From Patescibacteria group bacterium (GTDB lineage: Bacteria; Patescibacteriota; Patescibacteriia; PEXW01): a stretch of DNA of 37,233 bases. The notes below the pieces were generated by a model. It searched no databases, was not told the DNA's origin, and was given only the letters and a program-made list of their open reading frames with translations. How positions within the stretch are numbered: position 1 is the first letter of the stretch; every line of letters starts with the position of its first letter. A program made the translations under genes and the position numbers. The stretch lies in assembly GCA_038063455.1 (NCBI GenBank), contig JBBTVB010000006.1, positions 1-37,233 on the forward strand, given 5' to 3'. Positions 34,315 through 37,233 of the stretch are shown here, piece by piece.

Positions 34315-34480
34315 CCCTTATAGAGACTGATTTTTTAGAACTTCCTGGGGGTCTGGGGGTTCGAGAAGCGGACCTTGGGGATACAATCTTAGATATGCCT
34401 ACGCTGGGCACGCGTTCGAGAACCCCCAGCAGTCTTTTGGCACCACCTTTTCTGCTGCACAGAAAAGGTGGTGGATACGT
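34315..34480 (+). repeat. Dispersed structured repeat, copy C
   Basis: CCCTTATAGAGA..GGGGTCTGGGGGTTC-[variable]-GAACCCCCAGCAGTCTTTTGG, then a 14-bp hairpin CACCACCTTTTCTG/CAGAAAAGGTGGTG, then ATACGT. Confidence 0.85.
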
Positions 34481-34560
34481 AGCTGACCTTCAGAAACAGC
34501 ACGAAGTTACCTTCGTCGTCACGAAGGTACAAAAAATCTGTACGTCCAAAACGCGTAATA

Positions 34561-35319
34561 CTACTCCTCCTTTGCCCCAATCGGTGTATCCAGTTTCCCC
34601 TCCTGCCGCCATTGCTGGGCCAGCAGTGAAGCCTTCATAAGCGAGTCGAATGATTCACCGCCATCACCCCAGGCACCTTGGAGCACTTCAAATGTCATCG
34701 TCCCCTGCTGCACGTAGTAGTTGTTCAGGTCCGTCACTTCCAGCTCGCCGCGTGCTGACGGCTTGAGGGTTTTGACCACGTTGAATACTTCGCCATCAAA
34801 CATGTACACACCAATGACGGCCAAGTTGCTTTTGGGTTCTTGAGGCTTTTCAACGATACCCACGATCTTCTCACCTTGCACTTCGGCAATACCAAAAGAT
34901 TTTGGGTTGTCGACGGACTTCAAAAAAATCTTGGCGCCTTTTGGCTGCGCATCAAAATCCTGCACGGCTTTGGCAATGGAATCTTCCAAAATGTTATCGC
35001 CGAGGATAACCACAACTTTTTCACCATCGGCAAAGTCTTCGGCTAGGCCCAGCGCTTGGGCAATGCCGCCGGGTTTTTCTTGCACAGCATATGAGAGCCG
35101 GACGCCATAGGCGCTCCCATCGCCCAGCAACTCCAAAAAGCCGCCAGCATGGCCCTTGCCCGAGACAATCATAATATCTTTAATCCCCGCCTGCTGCAGG
35201 GTCTGCAGGGGAAAATAAATCATGGGCCGATCGTAGACTGGCAGTAAATGCTTATTGGTAACGCGGGTAAGGGGGAAGAGGCGTGAGCCTGTGCCGCCAG
35301 CGAGGATGATGCCTTTCAT
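34561..35319 (-). CDS. Glucose-1-phosphate thymidylyltransferase-like sugar nucleotidyltransferase (RmlA/SpsI-like)
   Basis: MKGIILAGGTGSRLFPLT..NKHLLPVYD, QEKPGGIAQA, LGDN, VEKP, KPSARGELEVTD. Confidence 0.92.
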   Translation of the reverse strand: MKGIILAGGTGSRLFPLTRVTNKHLLPVYDRPMIYFPLQTLQQAGIKDIMIVSGKGHAGGFLELLGDGSAYGVRLSYAVQEKPGGIAQALGLAEDFADGEKVVVILGDNILEDSIAKAVQDFDAQPKGAKIFLKSVDNPKSFGIAEVQGEKIVGIVEKPQEPKSNLAVIGVYMFDGEVFNVVKTLKPSARGELEVTDLNNYYVQQGTMTFEVLQGAWGDGGESFDSLMKASLLAQQWRQEGKLDTPIGAKEE

Positions 35320-35385
35320 AAGGATGCCTGATATAAATGGATACCCCACATTCTACTATTCAAAAACCTAAAGCGCAAACCTGCA

Positions 35386-36207
35386 CTATGGGCTAGAATG
35401 CTCTTCACCTAAGATAAAAACCTCTCCACCAATTGGTGTATCTGGCCGGGGGAAAATAATTCGCTGATTCGGTTTTGCTCTATACGTCATTTCGCCATCC
35501 CAGGCAAAGGGTTGATTCGCAGGAAGTACCTCAAAGTCAGAAAAATCTTTTGCAAAACGAAAGTCTGCTGACTGCTTCATGCCAATAGTAGTAACGGGAA
35601 TATATCGTTTAGCAGTCATTTTTGGCTGCACGCCATCAACGTGCTTTCGGATTAAAAGAAAGCCCTGAATGGCCTGATGCGCAAGCGCAGTGGCAGTCCC
35701 TGGGTCAAAAATTGATCCACACTCTGCACAAAGCCCAATTTTACCTTGGCTATGCATGTAGCTGTCTGTAGACCCTGGCTCAAGCTCGGCCCACCCAGTA
35801 GAAATAATTGTAAAAGGCAAGAATTGGGCGAGTGTGATTCCTGCGCCTTCAGCAATGATAAAGGGTGTTGTGTGTCTACTATTGCTTGCGTGTAAATCTA
35901 GCAAGGCCGATGCTTGGTCAAGTATGGGTGCCAGCTCGGCTGCTCGCCGCGCTTCATAACTAGCGCCAGCTTTACCCACCAGAAAACACCGATTGAGATT
36001 TTCTTCAATATAGCGAATCCCCCGTTCTACAGCTTTTGGATTGCCAAGAACCATAAAGACTGTACCGCGTTGAATACGTAACGGCGTGTACTGCTTAAAA
36101 GCAAGCAATCCCGACTGCTCGTTTCCATGTACTCCCGCCATAATCACACTGGTGGGGCCAGGTTGCTTACCATCAACACGTGTTACGCCGAGAGGCAAAG
36201 GCTGCAT
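35386..36207 (-). CDS. Succinylglutamate desuccinylase/aspartoacylase (M14 carboxypeptidase-like) family protein
   Basis: GVHGNEQSG, GNPKA, NLNRCF, LDLHA, AECG; start set at MQPLPL. Confidence 0.88.
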   Translation of the reverse strand: MQPLPLGVTRVDGKQPGPTSVIMAGVHGNEQSGLLAFKQYTPLRIQRGTVFMVLGNPKAVERGIRYIEENLNRCFLVGKAGASYEARRAAELAPILDQASALLDLHASNSRHTTPFIIAEGAGITLAQFLPFTIISTGWAELEPGSTDSYMHSQGKIGLCAECGSIFDPGTATALAHQAIQGFLLIRKHVDGVQPKMTAKRYIPVTTIGMKQSADFRFAKDFSDFEVLPANQPFAWDGEMTYRAKPNQRIIFPRPDTPIGGEVFILGEEHSSP

Positions 36208-36227
36208 AGAATGAATAAAATGAGGAT

Positions 36228-36270
36228 TTGACAAGGATACGTACATAGTATACTTTAGTCAAGTAAAGTA
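36228..36270. promoter_or_regulatory. Overlapping divergent promoters with a 20-bp palindromic operator (36251-36270)
   Basis: Plus strand TTGACA(36228)-17-TACTTT; minus strand TTGACT(36262)-17-TATCCT; operator TACTTTA-GTCAAG-TAAAGTA. Confidence 0.75.
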
Positions 36271-36278
36271 CTATATTT

Positions 36279-36599
36279 ATGCCTACGTGGTATACCAAAC
36301 AATCGAAGGCCCTGTTCCAGGCTATCCTGCACCTTCGCTCACCCAGCGAAGCCAAGCGCTTCTTTCGCGATCTGCTGACGGAAGAAGAAATCTTGGAGTT
36401 TAGCCGGCGCTGGGAAGCAGCGCAACTCTTGCGACAGGGCGCGCCATACACAACGATTGTGCGGCGTACCGGCTTAAGCTCTACCACAGTAGCCCGCGTG
36501 CAGCGGTGGCTGAAGGGTAGCCAGGGTGGCTATCGCCTTATGCTCGCACGCCAGCATCATACCGACCGCCTTCATCATTCCCGTTTGAAAGAGGCGTGA
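36279..36599 (+). CDS. YerC/YecD family TrpR-related transcriptional regulator (HisR-like)
   Basis: LFQAIL.L....EAKRFFRDLLT.EEI....RW.AA.LL..G.PY.TI...TGLSSTTVARV.RWL..G.GGY; extra C-terminal His-rich tail. Confidence 0.9.
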   Translation: MPTWYTKQSKALFQAILHLRSPSEAKRFFRDLLTEEEILEFSRRWEAAQLLRQGAPYTTIVRRTGLSSTTVARVQRWLKGSQGGYRLMLARQHHTDRLHHSRLKEA

Positions 36600-36620
36600 G
36601 CTGAAATTTTTGCAGCCTAC

Positions 36621-36644
36621 TCCCCTCTCAAGCGAGGGGATTTT
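36621..36644 (+). terminator. Intrinsic terminator, possibly an attenuator
   Basis: TCCCCTC-TCAAGC-GAGGGGA-TTTT, lying between the regulator and the GNAT gene. Confidence 0.6.
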
Positions 36645-36682
36645 AGATACACAATGTTCATGAACAACGAAAGGAGAAATGC

Positions 36683-37233
36683 ATGGATACCATATCCTAC
36701 GATAGCTTCAGGCCAACACGTGACACAGCACTGATGCAAAAGCTTATTCTGTGCTACCAGAATGTCTTCAGCGCCTCACCCTGGTTTGAGTGGAAACGCT
36801 GCACTACGTGCAACCGCAAATGGGGACGCGAGCAAGAAACTGAAATTCAGTGCATGCGGTGCCCAAAGTGCGGCTCGGCTCTCACCGACTTCTGGCCGAG
36901 TGATGTGGTAGAGCAGGACATCTGCAAAGAGCTTACGCTTCCCGGCGCATCCTGCTGGCTCGCCTGCCACAGGGAGAAAATTGTTGGGTTTTGTTGGGGC
37001 TATCCTATAGCCCTCATAGCTTTGGAAGAGAAACTTGGCATTGCCTGTGCTACACCCATTCAACATACGTATGGGAATATTACCCAAGTAGCATACCAGG
37101 ACGAAATCGGTGTAGAACAAAAATATCGCGGCCACGGGCTAGGAAGCATGCTCTTTAACTTAAGAAAAAATGACTTCCTCAAGCAGGGCCTGCACATTGG
37201 GGTGGTAAGAACTAAAACCCAGCCGCCAACCGT
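36683..37233 (+). CDS. GNAT family N-acetyltransferase with an inserted zinc ribbon; 3' end runs off the window
   Basis: Not in the ORF track (no stop). AAGGAG SD, then my translation MDTISY..YQNVFSASPWFEWKRCTTC..CPKC..IVGFCWGY..DEIGVEQKYRGHGLG (acetyl-CoA binding motif A). Confidence 0.85.
   Translation, partial: MDTISYDSFRPTRDTALMQKLILCYQNVFSASPWFEWKRCTTCNRKWGREQETEIQCMRCPKCGSALTDFWPSDVVEQDICKELTLPGASCWLACHREKIVGFCWGYPIALIALEEKLGIACATPIQHTYGNITQVAYQDEIGVEQKYRGHGLGSMLFNLRKNDFLKQGLHIGVVRTKTQPPT

Noticed and set aside
34389-34640. ORFs 34389..34580 (-) and 34395..34640 (+)
   Set aside because: They overlap repeat copy C and the end of the rmlA-like gene; no coding evidence.
37065-37076. 12-nt match ATACGTATGGGA between the copy A core (7476-7487) and the GNAT gene as a guide-target pair
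   Set aside because: A 12-mer match between roughly 150 nt of core sequence and both strands of 37 kb is expected by chance, and it does not extend.
1-37233. Alternative genetic code (UGA = Gly), as in some CPR lineages
   Set aside because: Conserved genes are full length under the standard code, and several (eno, rnhA, the regulator) end at TGA at the expected position.

Overview
Chromosomal segment with moderate GC and nearly all genes on the minus strand. The gene content (short AlaRS, CTD-less RpoA, tandem iPGMs, OFOR plus ADP-forming acetate-CoA ligase, SD-less core genes) points to a Patescibacteria/CPR bacterium using the standard code; this is inferred, not searched. Left to right: a GT4-GT2 fusion glycosyltransferase and a Wzx-like flippase; the rpsI-rplM-rplQ-rpoA-rpsD-rpsK-rpsM-rpmJ-infA cluster; two back-to-back copies of a structured non-coding repeat; a zeta-toxin-like gene pair; alaS; an MBL hydrolase; an alpha/beta hydrolase; RNase H; recJ; 2-oxoacid:ferredoxin oxidoreductase beta/alpha; an AT-rich HExxH gene flanked by a duplicated 5' end of the alpha gene; a DUF218 gene; acetate-CoA ligase; a MacB/LolD-type ABC pair; an orphan purK; an Ig-like/C39 protein; gpmI x2, eno and pgk; a third copy of the repeat; an rmlA-like gene; an AstE/AspA-like hydrolase; a YerC/TrpR-like (HisR-type) repressor; and a zinc-ribbon GNAT. 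The most notable observations are four. (1) A three-copy dispersed element with covarying stems around a variable core. (2) A HisR-like repressor with a perfect operator between overlapping divergent promoters, whose His-rich C-terminal tail sits on an attenuator-like terminator/antiterminator. (3) An insertion scar at the OFOR alpha 5' end. (4) Two expression styles: leaderless, SD-less core genes versus self-contained promoter-SD-terminator orphan cassettes. No rRNA, tRNA, CRISPR array, transposase or integrase was recognised.
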